From: Candidatus Yanofskybacteria bacterium RIFCSPHIGHO2_12_FULL_45_19b
Lineage (GTDB): Bacteria > Patescibacteriota > Minisyncoccia > 2-02-FULL-40-12 > IGHO2-12-FULL-4
Length of the DNA: 64,000 bases
NCBI GenBank assembly: GCA_001794605.1
Contig: MGKD01000013.1
Coordinates: forward strand, 13,463 to 77,462
Reading direction: 5' to 3'
The notes beneath the pieces are model-generated. The model was given only the letters and a program-made list of their open reading frames with translations. It made no database searches and was not told the origin of the DNA. This document shows, in pieces, positions 36,962-47,590 of the stretch (within the stretch, counting starts at the first letter, position 1; each line of letters starts with the position of its first letter). The translations under genes were made by a program, and so were the position numbers.

Positions 36962-37720
36962 ATGGATAATATACGCATCATTCCCCGCTTAGATATCAAG
37001 GGCCCCAATGTGGTTAAGGGGATTTTTAACGAGGGTTTGCGCATAGTTGGATCACCACAGGAACTGGCTACGCGTTATTACAAAGCCGGTGCTGACGAGA
37101 TAATCTATATGGATATAGTAGCCAGTCTATACCAAAGAAATTTAGATTTTGAACTTTTGAAATCAGTGGCTAACCATATTTTTATTCCACTTACGGTAGG
37201 GGGCGGTATTCGTTCAATCGGAGATATTAATAACGCACTTCGGGCGGGGGCCGATAAGGTGGCAATTAATACTTATGCCGTAAAAAATCCAAATTTTATT
37301 AAAGAAGCGGCACAGAAGTTTGGTAGTCAGTGTATAGTGCTTTCGGTGGAGGCTAAACAGAAGTCGGTTGACCTATGGGAAGCCTATATAGATGGAGGTA
37401 GAGAGAAAACTGGTATCGACGCAGTAGCTTGGATAAAGCGAGCTATTAAACTGGGCGTGGGTGAGGTGATGGTAAGCTCAATTGACAAAGACGGGTTGCG
37501 TGGTGGCTTTGCGACTGAGCTTTGTCAGGCTGTAACTGCTTTTGCATCGGTACCAGTAATTGTACACGGCGGGGCTGGTAAATTAGAGTCCGTAGCGGAG
37601 GTTCTAAAGCTTGCCAATCCTGATGCAGTGGCGATTGCATCAGCCTTTCACTACCAAGATTACTCAATAAAAAAGTTGAAAAACTTTTTACGGAGTAAAG
37701 AGTTTCCTATTCGACAATAA
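36962..37720 (+). CDS. HisF-like cyclase subunit (WbuZ-type, glycan amidotransferase module)
   Basis: IIPRLDIKGPNVVKG; (beta/alpha)8 HisF pattern. Confidence 0.8.
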   Translation: MDNIRIIPRLDIKGPNVVKGIFNEGLRIVGSPQELATRYYKAGADEIIYMDIVASLYQRNLDFELLKSVANHIFIPLTVGGGIRSIGDINNALRAGADKVAINTYAVKNPNFIKEAAQKFGSQCIVLSVEAKQKSVDLWEAYIDGGREKTGIDAVAWIKRAIKLGVGEVMVSSIDKDGLRGGFATELCQAVTAFASVPVIVHGGAGKLESVAEVLKLANPDAVAIASAFHYQDYSIKKLKNFLRSKEFPIRQ

Positions 37721-37721
37721 G

Positions 37722-38357
37722 ATGAAAAAGAAAACAAAACTAGCGATATTGGATTATGGCGTGGGCAATCTCTATAGTATTACCCGAGCGGTGGCTAATT
37801 TTTGTGATGATTTTATTATTACCGATGATCCGGAAGTAGTAGCCAGGGTTGACCGGTTAATTCTACCCGGTGTAGGGTCATTTGCCGCTGGCATGGCCGG
37901 TATACGCGTACGCAGTTTAGTAGATTCGATTAAACAGTTTGTGCAAACCGGTCGTCCGATTCTGGGTATTTGTTTGGGTGCTCAGTTGCTAATGACTAGG
38001 GGTTTCGAATTTGGTAATTTTACTGGTTTGGATATTATTCCAGGCGAGGTGGTAAAGTTGTCTGGTGTAGGTAAGGGAGTTAAAATCCCGCATATTGGTT
38101 GGGGGCAGATTAAGCCGAGCAGTTCCGGTAAAAAGGGAGTGTTGGCCGGAGTGTCCTCTGGCGCCTATGTATATTTTGTTCATTCTTTTATTATGCAGCC
38201 AAAGCGCCAAGAAGATGCTTTGACCACCACCATCTATGGTGAAAGCAGGTTCTGTTCCGCTATCCGGCACGAGAATGTCTGTGGACTACAGTTCCATCCT
38301 GAAAAAAGCGGTGCGGTAGGCATGCAGATAATTAATAATTTTATTAAACAAACCTAG
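37722..38357 (+). CDS. HisH-like glutamine amidotransferase subunit (WbuY-type)
   Basis: LAILDYGVGNLYSI, GICLGAQLL (catalytic Cys), HPEKS. Confidence 0.8.
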   Translation: MKKKTKLAILDYGVGNLYSITRAVANFCDDFIITDDPEVVARVDRLILPGVGSFAAGMAGIRVRSLVDSIKQFVQTGRPILGICLGAQLLMTRGFEFGNFTGLDIIPGEVVKLSGVGKGVKIPHIGWGQIKPSSSGKKGVLAGVSSGAYVYFVHSFIMQPKRQEDALTTTIYGESRFCSAIRHENVCGLQFHPEKSGAVGMQIINNFIKQT

Positions 38358-39575
38358 ATGACTAAAATTACTGCCAAATACGGCTTGCCGGCTAAGGTTA
38401 GTTTTTGTCGAAAGTGCGTAATGTCCAATCAAAAACCCAGTTCTACGGTGGAGTTTAAATATGCCTCAGGCGATAAGAAAAAAACCATAGCTTTTGACGC
38501 GGCCGGCGTATGTGATGCCTGCCACTTCGCCGAATATAAAGAAACGCAGATCGATTGGAAAAAGCGAGAAAAGCAATTGCGGGAGCTCTGCGATCGTTAC
38601 CGACGTACAGACGGCAGTTATGATTGTATTGTCCCGGGTAGTGGAGGTAAAGACAGTGCTTTTGCCTCCCATGTCTTAAAGTATAAGTATGACATGCATC
38701 CATTGACTGTTACCTGGGCACCACACCTTTATACCGACATTGGTTGGCGGAATTTTACCGCCTGGATTCATCAAGGAGGGTTTGATAATGTTTTGTTTAC
38801 TCCCAATGGGCGGGTGCACCGTCTGCTAACCAGGTTGGCTTTTAAGAACCTACTTCATCCTTTTCAGCCATTTATCTTTGGCCAGAAAAATATTGGTGCC
38901 AAATTTGCTTTAAAATTTAATGTTCCTCTGGTATTTTATGGTGAAAATCAAGCAGAATATGGCAATGGTAAATCGCCAAAAGAAAATGATATTGCCCAGG
39001 TAAGGCCAGAGTTTTTTTCCAGCGACGAAAGTATCGACACTATCATACTAGGGGGTGTCCCCGTTAAGAAATTGTTGGCCAAGGAGGGCTTGTCACGCAA
39101 CGATCTTGACCCTTATCTACCAGTATCTGCACGCGCCCTCAAAAAACAAAAAGTTCAAGTACACTACCTTGCGCATTATCTTAAGTGGGATCCGCAGGAA
39201 AACTTTTACTATGCCACTAAGCATACAGGCTTTCAGGCCAACACTGAACGTACCGAGGGTAGTTACTCAAAGTATAGCAGTATTGATGATAAGACTGACC
39301 CCTTCCACTACTATACAACACTAATTAAGTTTGGTATTGGGCGTGCTACCTATGATGCTGCGCAAGAGATTCGCAGTCGAAAAATCACTCGGGCAGAAGG
39401 AGTAGCCTTGGTTCGACGTTACGACCAGGAATTTCCAGAACGAAGCTTTAAGGATTTCTTGGAATATATTGATATTAGCAAAGAGGAATTTTGGCGGATA
39501 ATTGATCGAGCCCGCTCGCCTCACATTTGGAAAAAGGAAAAAGGACGGTGGGTATTAAGACATCCAATAGAATAA
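38358..39575 (+). CDS. N-acetyl sugar amidotransferase (WbuX/WbpG-like PP-loop ATPase)
   Basis: PP-loop CIVPGSGGKDSAF. N-terminal Cys-rich region. Confidence 0.7.
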   Translation: MTKITAKYGLPAKVSFCRKCVMSNQKPSSTVEFKYASGDKKKTIAFDAAGVCDACHFAEYKETQIDWKKREKQLRELCDRYRRTDGSYDCIVPGSGGKDSAFASHVLKYKYDMHPLTVTWAPHLYTDIGWRNFTAWIHQGGFDNVLFTPNGRVHRLLTRLAFKNLLHPFQPFIFGQKNIGAKFALKFNVPLVFYGENQAEYGNGKSPKENDIAQVRPEFFSSDESIDTIILGGVPVKKLLAKEGLSRNDLDPYLPVSARALKKQKVQVHYLAHYLKWDPQENFYYATKHTGFQANTERTEGSYSKYSSIDDKTDPFHYYTTLIKFGIGRATYDAAQEIRSRKITRAEGVALVRRYDQEFPERSFKDFLEYIDISKEEFWRIIDRARSPHIWKKEKGRWVLRHPIE

Positions 39576-39578
39576 AAT

Positions 39579-40559
39579 ATGCGCGATATATTTAAAGATT
39601 ATAAAGTTTTTTCAATTAATCCGAGTAAATTACGTAGTCCGGGATTTTTTAGAAATATGTTGGAATACCGCACAGCAGTGATGCGGCGCTACCGTTCCGC
39701 ACTTAAATCTCGGACAGAGTTTTCTTGTCCGTTATGCGGGGCAACTAAGGGAAGGGAGTTTTTAAAATATAAAAATTACCTTTTGTTGGAGTGTTCTCGT
39801 TGTGGGCTAGTCTCCCCTAATATTGATTTTTCTAAGGTGGACGGGCGTGAGCTATATGACGACCCGGCTTGTATTAAAGACACTACACGCGAGGTATTGG
39901 ACAATTATCAATACCGTAAGCAAACCTATGCTCCGGAGAGATTACAATATATTTTAGAAAAAACTGGTTTACGGTCACGCGCACTGCGTCTGTTAGATGT
40001 TGGTTGTGGCCCGGGTTATTTTTTGAGTCATCTGCACGATAAAAAGATACGCTATAAGGGGTTAGAGCTGGCCAAGTTTTTGGTAGAAATTTGTCAAAAG
40101 CAGGGGCTTAATGTTGCGATGAACGACGTTGCCCTTGAGCCAGATAAAGCCTATAACGTAATTACGCTTTTTGACGTATTGGAGCACGTGGCGGACCCAG
40201 TCTCTTTTCTTAAGATCCTAAAGAGTAAGTTGGTCAAGGGTGGGTATATAATAGCCTACATACCAAATATTCACTCCTTGGCCTATCAACTGATGGGTCA
40301 ATGGCAAAATACCCTGGTACCGTTTCAGCATTTTTGTTTTTATGATCCGGCCTCGCTAAAGTTGCTTGCTCGCAAAAGTGGTCTTACTGTCAATTCGCTA
40401 GACTATTATGGGTTGGATCTGCTTGATTACTTTTATATGAAACAGGATCAGGACGGAGTTAACTATCATCAGAAATTGAGCGAAGCTATTCCATTGTTGC
40501 AGGCAGTTATTGATAAGCAGAAACTGAGTAACCATATGCGGGTGGTTTTTAAGAAATAA
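39579..40559 (+). CDS. class I SAM-dependent methyltransferase with N-terminal Zn-ribbon
   Basis: CPLCG...CSRCG; LDVGCGPGYF. Confidence 0.7.
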   Translation: MRDIFKDYKVFSINPSKLRSPGFFRNMLEYRTAVMRRYRSALKSRTEFSCPLCGATKGREFLKYKNYLLLECSRCGLVSPNIDFSKVDGRELYDDPACIKDTTREVLDNYQYRKQTYAPERLQYILEKTGLRSRALRLLDVGCGPGYFLSHLHDKKIRYKGLELAKFLVEICQKQGLNVAMNDVALEPDKAYNVITLFDVLEHVADPVSFLKILKSKLVKGGYIIAYIPNIHSLAYQLMGQWQNTLVPFQHFCFYDPASLKLLARKSGLTVNSLDYYGLDLLDYFYMKQDQDGVNYHQKLSEAIPLLQAVIDKQKLSNHMRVVFKK

Positions 40560-40563
40560 TTTA

Positions 40564-41577
40564 TTGACTAAGATGAAAACCGTTTTAACCAGAACCACTA
40601 AAGAAGTTAGGCCGGCTAATCCGGTCAATACTAAACTGGGCCAATGTTATTTTTGCTCCAGTGAAAATCTGGTTATTTTGCGCAATCGTCTGCGTCACGG
40701 CATTCATAAAAACATCCTTAAATGTGAGGCATGCGGATTGATTTATGCTCAGTCAAAAGAAAATCCAGTTCCATTCTATCGCAAAAAGTATCGACAGAAA
40801 CATGGTCCAATTTTAGGCAAGACACTATCTAGCCAAGAATTGTTTGAGTTTAACTCACCATTACAGGCGCCACGCATTAAACAGCTTAGCAAACTATTAA
40901 AGCCAAGCGCTAGAGTACTAGACATTGGCTCCTCTACCGGACATTTCCTCTACGCTATTAAAGATAAAGTAAAAGAGGTGGTGGGGGTTGAACTAAATTT
41001 AGCTAACGCTGAATTTACTCGTCGTGAGTTGGGAATTAAGGTCTATGATGAACCAATTGAGAAACTTGCTTTATCAGATGAGTATTTTGACCTAATCACG
41101 GTCTATCATACTTTTGAACATGTGGTTGACCCGCTTTTATTTTTAAAAATAGTTCGCAGATACCTTAAGCCTAATGGTCACTTATTTATTGAGGTACCTA
41201 ACACTGATGATGCTCTGATGTCTATTTACCAACTTAAGAAGTTTGCCGACTTTTGGTTTATAGAACCACACTTGTTCTACTATAACCCGGAAACTCTTAA
41301 GAAGGTCCTAGCTCGTGGTGGATTTGAGGGAAGGATATCTACCACTCAAGCGTTTAGTCTTTATAATCATTTAAACTGGCTTTATACGGGGCAACCTCAG
41401 GCGGATTGGCTCACTGCCACCACTATTCCCAGATTACCATCCGGAGGGTCGCATGCTGAACTAAAAGGGGAGATTAATAAATTGCTAGAAAAGACCGATA
41501 AGCAGTATCGTAATCTGTTAAACAAAAATCAAGTGGGGAGTATGTTAACCTTTTTGGGTACAAAAAGTAAAAGTTAA
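40564..41577 (+). CDS. class I SAM-dependent methyltransferase with N-terminal Zn-ribbon (paralog)
   Basis: CYFCS...CEACG; LDIGSSTGHFL. Confidence 0.7.
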   Translation: MTKMKTVLTRTTKEVRPANPVNTKLGQCYFCSSENLVILRNRLRHGIHKNILKCEACGLIYAQSKENPVPFYRKKYRQKHGPILGKTLSSQELFEFNSPLQAPRIKQLSKLLKPSARVLDIGSSTGHFLYAIKDKVKEVVGVELNLANAEFTRRELGIKVYDEPIEKLALSDEYFDLITVYHTFEHVVDPLLFLKIVRRYLKPNGHLFIEVPNTDDALMSIYQLKKFADFWFIEPHLFYYNPETLKKVLARGGFEGRISTTQAFSLYNHLNWLYTGQPQADWLTATTIPRLPSGGSHAELKGEINKLLEKTDKQYRNLLNKNQVGSMLTFLGTKSKS

Positions 41578-41586
41578 ACAATATTT

Positions 41587-42630
41587 ATGAAAAAGAATCC
41601 TAGTATTAAGATTGGACAGAGAAGAGTTGGTTTAGACTTTCCGCCACTAGTAATAGCGGAGGTTGGTATAAACCATGAAGGTGATTTGCGCAAGGCAAAA
41701 CAAATGGTGGATGACGCTCAGGCGAGTGGGGCAGAGTGTGTTAAGTTTCAATCTCATATTATTGAAGATGAGATGGTGCCAGCGGCACAGGGAACAGTTC
41801 CTGGTAATGCACAAAAATCCATTTGGGATATTGTAAAACGTTGTGAACTAAGTGCAGAAGAGGAGTTAGAACTCAAAAAATATGTAGAGGCTAAGGGCTT
41901 AATTTACTTATGCACTCCTTTTTCGCGGGCTGCGGCAGATCGTTTAAAAAAAATGAAAGTGTCAGCTTATAAAATTGGTTCTGGTGAGTGTAATAACTAT
42001 CCACTGATTGAACATATCGCCGCTTTTGGCAAGCCGATGATTGTTAGTACTGGGATGAATGATATTCCGGCGATTAAAAAAACAGTACAAATCCTACGCG
42101 CCAAGCGAGTGCCTTATGCCTTACTGCACTGCACTTCAATTTACCCTACTCCTTACGAAAAGATTCGTTTGGGAGCGCTAGCTGATTTACAGAGAACTTT
42201 TCCGGATGCTGTGGTGGGTTTAAGTGATCACTCTCTTGGTAACTATACCTGCTTTGCCGCCACAGCATTGGGAGCTTCAATTTTGGAAAAACATTTTACT
42301 TCGAAAAAAAGTTGGCCGGGGCCGGACATTCTAATCTCCATTGATCCACCAGAGTTGGCTGATTTAATGGTTGGAACACGAGCAATTTTTTCTGCTCGTG
42401 GTGGTAAAAAGGTTATTCTACCAGAAGAAAAACCCACCATCAATTTTGCTTATGCCTGCGTGGTGGCAACCAAAGATATTGCGGCAGGTGAAAAAATAAC
42501 TATGGAAAATGTTTGGGTTAAACGTCCCGGTACGGGAGAGATTAAAGCCAAGGATCTTTCCAAAGTTTTAGCGAGAGTGGCTAAGGTGGATATTAAAAAA
42601 GATCAACAGTTATCATGGAAGATTATCTAA
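41587..42630 (+). CDS. NeuB/LegI/PseI-family nonulosonic acid synthase (N-acylneuraminate synthase-like)
   Basis: LVIAEVGINHEGDLRKAKQMVDDAQASGAECVKFQSH. C-terminal SAF domain. Confidence 0.85.
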   Translation: MKKNPSIKIGQRRVGLDFPPLVIAEVGINHEGDLRKAKQMVDDAQASGAECVKFQSHIIEDEMVPAAQGTVPGNAQKSIWDIVKRCELSAEEELELKKYVEAKGLIYLCTPFSRAAADRLKKMKVSAYKIGSGECNNYPLIEHIAAFGKPMIVSTGMNDIPAIKKTVQILRAKRVPYALLHCTSIYPTPYEKIRLGALADLQRTFPDAVVGLSDHSLGNYTCFAATALGASILEKHFTSKKSWPGPDILISIDPPELADLMVGTRAIFSARGGKKVILPEEKPTINFAYACVVATKDIAAGEKITMENVWVKRPGTGEIKAKDLSKVLARVAKVDIKKDQQLSWKII

Positions 42631-43781
42631 AAAAGGGTAGAAAGCGGGTGGTATTTTTAACTGGTACACGGGCTGACTTCGGTAAGCTTAAATCGCTTAT
42701 CTTAGCGTTGCGTAAAGCCCTGGGATTTGATGTGCAGATTTTTGCTACCGGCATGCACATGTTGGCAGATTACGGCTATACCGTAAACGAGATTGAAAAG
42801 TGCGGGATCCGTAATATTTATAAGTATATTAGCTATTCCGGCCAAGCTTCTCAAGAAGTTATTTTGGCAAGTACCATGGTTGGTTTTGGTAATTATATTA
42901 AAGAATTTAAACCCGATTTAATCATAGTACATGGAGACCGATTGGAGGCTTTAGCGGGTGCTTTGGCTGGTAGTTTTAATAATGTTCTGGTCGCGCATAT
43001 TGAAGGTGGTGAGCTTTCTGGCACGCTAGATGGGCATATTCGTCACGCTATCACTAAGTTATCTAATATTCATTTTGTAGCTAATGGTGAAGCTAAAACC
43101 AGAGTAAAACAATTGGGCGAGGATCCCAAAAGTATTTTCGAAATCGGTTCGCCAGATGTCGATGTGATGTTATCAAAAAAATTACCCACCTTAACTCAGG
43201 CCAAGAAGCGCTATGCTATAAATTATGATCACTATGCTATTTTGCTCTATCATCCAGTTACTACCGAACTAGGTTCTTTGGAACGAGACGTGGAAGAATT
43301 AATTAGGGCCATGGTAAAGTCGGAAATGAATTATATAGTAATCCACCCCAACAATGACCCAGGGTCGGATATTATTCGTACCCATTATTATGGTCAATTA
43401 GCTGCCAATTCTCATTTTCGCCTTTTTCCTTCTCTGCGCTTCGAATACTTTCTTACTATATTGCGACACGCTCATTTTATTATTGGTAATTCTAGTTCTG
43501 CAGTAAGGGAGGCTCCTTATTTTGGTGTCCCTGCACTCAATGTTGGTACGCGTCAAGCAGATAGGATATTTGGGGTAGAAAGTGTCTCCAATCATAATCA
43601 TCAAGAAGCCGGAATTTTGGCAGCGATTAAAAGATTTTCTACAAAGAAAAAGCGCTTTCAAGTCAGAAAGGCTTTTGGGCGAGGCAATAGTGATAAGAAT
43701 TTTGTAAAAGTTTTAGAACAGAAGAACATTTGGCAAAATGGTATACAGAAAAAGTTTAATGATATCAATAAAATTATTTAA
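42615..43781 (+). CDS. UDP-N-acetylglucosamine 2-epimerase, NeuC/LegG-like (hydrolysing type)
   Basis: VVFLTGTRADFGKL, HIEGGE, GNSSS. Confidence 0.75.
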   Translation: MEDYLKKGRKRVVFLTGTRADFGKLKSLILALRKALGFDVQIFATGMHMLADYGYTVNEIEKCGIRNIYKYISYSGQASQEVILASTMVGFGNYIKEFKPDLIIVHGDRLEALAGALAGSFNNVLVAHIEGGELSGTLDGHIRHAITKLSNIHFVANGEAKTRVKQLGEDPKSIFEIGSPDVDVMLSKKLPTLTQAKKRYAINYDHYAILLYHPVTTELGSLERDVEELIRAMVKSEMNYIVIHPNNDPGSDIIRTHYYGQLAANSHFRLFPSLRFEYFLTILRHAHFIIGNSSSAVREAPYFGVPALNVGTRQADRIFGVESVSNHNHQEAGILAAIKRFSTKKKRFQVRKAFGRGNSDKNFVKVLEQKNIWQNGIQKKFNDINKII

Positions 43782-43785
43782 GAGA

Positions 43786-44505
43786 ATGTATAAATCTAAA
43801 AAAACACTAGCGGTTATTCTTGCGCGTGGTGGCTCCAAAGGTTTACCTGGGAAGAACATCATTCCGCTTAAGGGTCGTCCACTGATTGCCTGGACGATTA
43901 CGGCTGCGCTGGAAGCAAAGTTAATTGATAGGGTGGTGGTTTCTTCGGACAGTGTTGATATTCTTGCTGTGGCCAAGCGGTATGGGGCAGACACTATTAA
44001 AAGACCAAAAAAGTTAGCTACCGATCAAATTCGACCAGAACTGGCGATACAACATGTTTTGGCGACACTAAGAAAGAATGAAAGTTATATCCCCGAACTA
44101 TTAATTTTACTGCAACCGACTTCTCCTTTGCGTACAGCCGAGGACATTGATAATGCCGTTGAGCTGTTGTTAAAAAATGATCCGCGGGTGGATGCGGTAG
44201 TGAGTGTTTCGGAGATAGATCGGCGACTGTTGAAGTCTCTAGTGGCAGATGAAAATGGCTATCTAACGCACTTTACTGTGCGTGGCTTTCTACTAATGCG
44301 TCGACAAGACTTGCCACCGGTATTTTTTACCAACGGGGCTATCTATCTAGTAAAAACATTATGGTTTTTAAAAAGTAACTCCTTGTTTCCCAAACGTACT
44401 GTGCCTTATGTTATGAGCGAGGACAATAGCCAGGATGTCGACACTCCGGAAGATTTAAAAAAAATAGAAAAATTAATGGCATTAAAAAAGTATGGGTACA
44501 AATAA
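43786..44505 (+). CDS. acylneuraminate (CMP-nonulosonate) cytidylyltransferase-like
   Basis: LAVILARGGSKGLPGKN; LQPTSPLR. Confidence 0.8.
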   Translation: MYKSKKTLAVILARGGSKGLPGKNIIPLKGRPLIAWTITAALEAKLIDRVVVSSDSVDILAVAKRYGADTIKRPKKLATDQIRPELAIQHVLATLRKNESYIPELLILLQPTSPLRTAEDIDNAVELLLKNDPRVDAVVSVSEIDRRLLKSLVADENGYLTHFTVRGFLLMRRQDLPPVFFTNGAIYLVKTLWFLKSNSLFPKRTVPYVMSEDNSQDVDTPEDLKKIEKLMALKKYGYK

Positions 44506-45226
44506 AAGAAAAATTTTAGCCTTTATCCCAGCGCGCAGTGGCTCCAAGGGCTTGCCCGGGAAGAATATTATTAAAGTAGCTGGTCTGCCACTGATTGCTT
44601 ACTCCATTAATTCTGGAAGGAGCGCTAAATTGGTAGATAAGATTCTGGTTTCGACGGATAGTCCGCAGATAGGCAGGGTGGCGAAGCGTTATGGCGCGAT
44701 CGTCCCCTTTTTGCGTCCGGCCAAACTAGCTACTGATACAGCGCCAACCATTGATGCAGTGATGCATGCGTTGCGCTGGCTGGAAGATAGCGGTGAACAG
44801 TATGATGCGGTAGCACTGTTAGAGCCAACCTCACCTTTGCGCAAAGCGGGTGATATTGATAGGGCTATCAAGATTCTACTTGATAACTGGGAGAAAACCG
44901 ATGCGGTAGTTAGTTTGGGGGAGATTGCGCTAGAGAGTCCCTATATTGCCAAGAAAGTCCAAAATGGCTATGTCCGGCCGTTAATTAAAGTCCCTGGTCT
45001 GACTACCCGTCGGCAAGATTTGCCCAAGGCCTATTTTCCTTATGGAGTAATTTACTTATGTAAAACCACCACCCTTGAAAAGGAAAAAACCTTCTATCCA
45101 AAAAGAATCATGCCTTATTATATTGAACGTTGGCAGAATTACGAGGTCGATGATATCTGGAACCTAGTTACGATTGAGGCGGTTATTAAGTGTTTAAAAA
45201 CAGCAAAAGTAAATAATAAAAAATAA
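44492..45226 (+). CDS. acylneuraminate cytidylyltransferase-like (second copy)
   Basis: LAFIPARSGSKGLPGKN; LEPTSPLR. Confidence 0.8.
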   Translation: MGTNKRKILAFIPARSGSKGLPGKNIIKVAGLPLIAYSINSGRSAKLVDKILVSTDSPQIGRVAKRYGAIVPFLRPAKLATDTAPTIDAVMHALRWLEDSGEQYDAVALLEPTSPLRKAGDIDRAIKILLDNWEKTDAVVSLGEIALESPYIAKKVQNGYVRPLIKVPGLTTRRQDLPKAYFPYGVIYLCKTTTLEKEKTFYPKRIMPYYIERWQNYEVDDIWNLVTIEAVIKCLKTAKVNNKK

Positions 45227-45227
45227 A

Positions 45228-46544
45228 ATGAAGTTTACTCAATCAAACAAGTTACGCAAGCGGGCACATGCGCTTATCCCTGGTGGAGCGCATACCTATA
45301 GCAAAGGAGATGATCAATTTCCCAAACTGTCGCCCGGCTTTATTGTTAAGGGCAAAGGGGCTTATGTTTGGGATGCAGATGGAAATAAGTTTTTAGATTG
45401 GGCGATGGGGTTACGTTCTACCACGCTTGGTCATGGCTATGTCTCAGTAGTTCAGGCGGTAAAAAAACAACTACCTTTCGGAGCTAATTTTAGTCGCCCG
45501 TCTATCTTAGAGGTGGAGTTGGCTGATTTATTGACTAAGATTATCCCTTGTGCGGAAATGGTAAAGTTTGCAAAAAACGGTTCAACCATTACCACAGCGG
45601 CAGTAAAGTTGGCGCGTGCTCACACCAAGCGCGATATAGTGGCAGTTTGTTCTGATCATGCCTTTTTTAGTTATGACGATTGGTTTATTGGTACCACTCC
45701 AGCTGATGCTGGTGTTCCCCAGGCGATTAAAGATCTAAGCGTTACTTTCAAATTTAACGATTTAGAAAGCGTTCGTGCTTTATTTAAAAAATATCCCAAG
45801 CAAATTGCCTGTGTTATTTTGGAACCAGCTACCGAAGTGGAGCCACGAGATAACTTCTTGCATGGCGTACAGGCGCTCTGCCAAGAAAATGGGGCGGTGT
45901 TTATTTTAGATGAAATGATTTCGGGTTTTCGCTGGCATCTCAAGGGGGCACAACATACCTACAAGATTACTCCCGATCTGGCTACCTATGGCAAGGGGAT
46001 TGCTAATGGTTTCTCGGTCTGTGTCCTGGCCGGTAAACGTGAAATTATGGAGCGCGGAGGCATCCAGGGTGGCCATGAACGAGTATTTCTTATTTCTACC
46101 ACGCATGGAGCAGAGAACCATGCTTTAGCCGCAGCGATTGCCACCATAAAAGAAATACAAGGAAAAAAAGTTATTCCGCACCTGTACCATATTGGCGCTC
46201 TACTACAGACCCGTCTTAATGCTATTGCTAAAAAATATAAACTGGGCGAGATTGTCAATGTTTTTGGCGAGGTGTCATGTCGGCTGGCGACAACTTTTGC
46301 TGCCGTCGGTACTTATACTAATTTTCAAGTTAAGACCTATTTTCTGCAAGAGTTGATCAGTCAAGGAATTTTGTTCAACGGCTATTTCGCACCCAGTTAT
46401 TCTCATGGCAAGCGCGAAATAGAAAAAACCGTGCTGGCTTGGGACTATGCTTGCCGAAAACTGCAACAGGCTGTAACTAATAAAGATTTAGAGAAAAAGT
46501 TAATAGGCGATCCAGTTAAGCCGGTGTTTCGCAAGTATAATTAG
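45228..46544 (+). CDS. class III PLP aminotransferase (glutamate-1-semialdehyde aminomutase-like)
   Basis: Class III fold pattern. DEMISGFRW motif. Confidence 0.7.
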   Translation: MKFTQSNKLRKRAHALIPGGAHTYSKGDDQFPKLSPGFIVKGKGAYVWDADGNKFLDWAMGLRSTTLGHGYVSVVQAVKKQLPFGANFSRPSILEVELADLLTKIIPCAEMVKFAKNGSTITTAAVKLARAHTKRDIVAVCSDHAFFSYDDWFIGTTPADAGVPQAIKDLSVTFKFNDLESVRALFKKYPKQIACVILEPATEVEPRDNFLHGVQALCQENGAVFILDEMISGFRWHLKGAQHTYKITPDLATYGKGIANGFSVCVLAGKREIMERGGIQGGHERVFLISTTHGAENHALAAAIATIKEIQGKKVIPHLYHIGALLQTRLNAIAKKYKLGEIVNVFGEVSCRLATTFAAVGTYTNFQVKTYFLQELISQGILFNGYFAPSYSHGKREIEKTVLAWDYACRKLQQAVTNKDLEKKLIGDPVKPVFRKYN

Positions 46545-46561
46545 AAGACTAAACAATAACT

Positions 46562-47584
46562 ATGAACAAGAAAATAAAGTTTCTACAGGTGGGACTGGGG
46601 TCAATGGGAAAACGACGTATTCGTTGTCTGTTGCATTTAGGTATACAGTCGGAACAAATTTTTGGTTTTGACCCCGTGCCGAGTAAGCGGACGAAGGCGG
46701 AAAGCGAATATGCCATTAAAACTTTTAGTAACTTTAAACAAGCAGTGGCTACTGTAAACCCCGATGTCTACATCGTCTCTACTCCACCGGATAAGCATGC
46801 CCCCTACTTTCTTTTCGCTGCAAGGCAGAAAAAACACGTTTTTGTAGAAGCAACTACGCTTGCCGATGGTTATCGACAACTAGAAAAAATGCAGGACGGT
46901 AGTTTTATTGCCGCCGCCTCTTGTAGTTGGCGTTATCTCCCGGCAATTAAAAAGATCGGTCAATTGGTGAAACAAGGCCGTATTGGGAAAGTTCTGTCTT
47001 TTCAGTATCACATGGGGCAGTATCTACCGGATTGGCACCCCTGGGAAGACTATCGTAAGGTATATTTCGCTAAAAAAGTAACTGGTGCTTGTCGAGAAAT
47101 GTTTCCCTTTGAGTTGGTTTGGATTAATCACATTCTGCAGTCGTCAGTAAAACGGATCAGTGGCCTGGTCAGGAAGTTGTCTGATTTAGACATGTCGGCG
47201 GATGACCTTTATGCAGCGGTGTTAGAGTATAAAAGCGGGGTGGTAGGCACGGTCAGTATTGATGTTTTGGCGCGTACTGCTTTACGCACCCTACGCCTGG
47301 TTGGTACAGAGGGAGTTTTGGATTGGGACTGGCTTAACTATCAGATAAAAATTTTTTCAGTGCGTAAAAAAAAGTGGCAGACTATTTCTTTGCGAGCCGG
47401 TAGGGCGGAGAAAAATTATGTTACCACCGAAGATATGTATCAGGAGGAAATTAAACAGTTTCTGGATGCCATCGCGGGCAAGCAGGCCTATCCCTATAGT
47501 TTTGCGGAAGATCAGCAGATTCTAAATACCACTTTTGCTTTAGAAAAAAGTTCCAGAACCGGAAAGACTTGCCGGGTAGCTTAA
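46562..47584 (+). CDS. Gfo/Idh/MocA-family NAD(P) oxidoreductase
   Basis: KFLQVGLGSMGKRR Rossmann N-terminus. Confidence 0.7.
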   Translation: MNKKIKFLQVGLGSMGKRRIRCLLHLGIQSEQIFGFDPVPSKRTKAESEYAIKTFSNFKQAVATVNPDVYIVSTPPDKHAPYFLFAARQKKHVFVEATTLADGYRQLEKMQDGSFIAAASCSWRYLPAIKKIGQLVKQGRIGKVLSFQYHMGQYLPDWHPWEDYRKVYFAKKVTGACREMFPFELVWINHILQSSVKRISGLVRKLSDLDMSADDLYAAVLEYKSGVVGTVSIDVLARTALRTLRLVGTEGVLDWDWLNYQIKIFSVRKKKWQTISLRAGRAEKNYVTTEDMYQEEIKQFLDAIAGKQAYPYSFAEDQQILNTTFALEKSSRTGKTCRVA

Positions 47585-47590
47585 TATAAA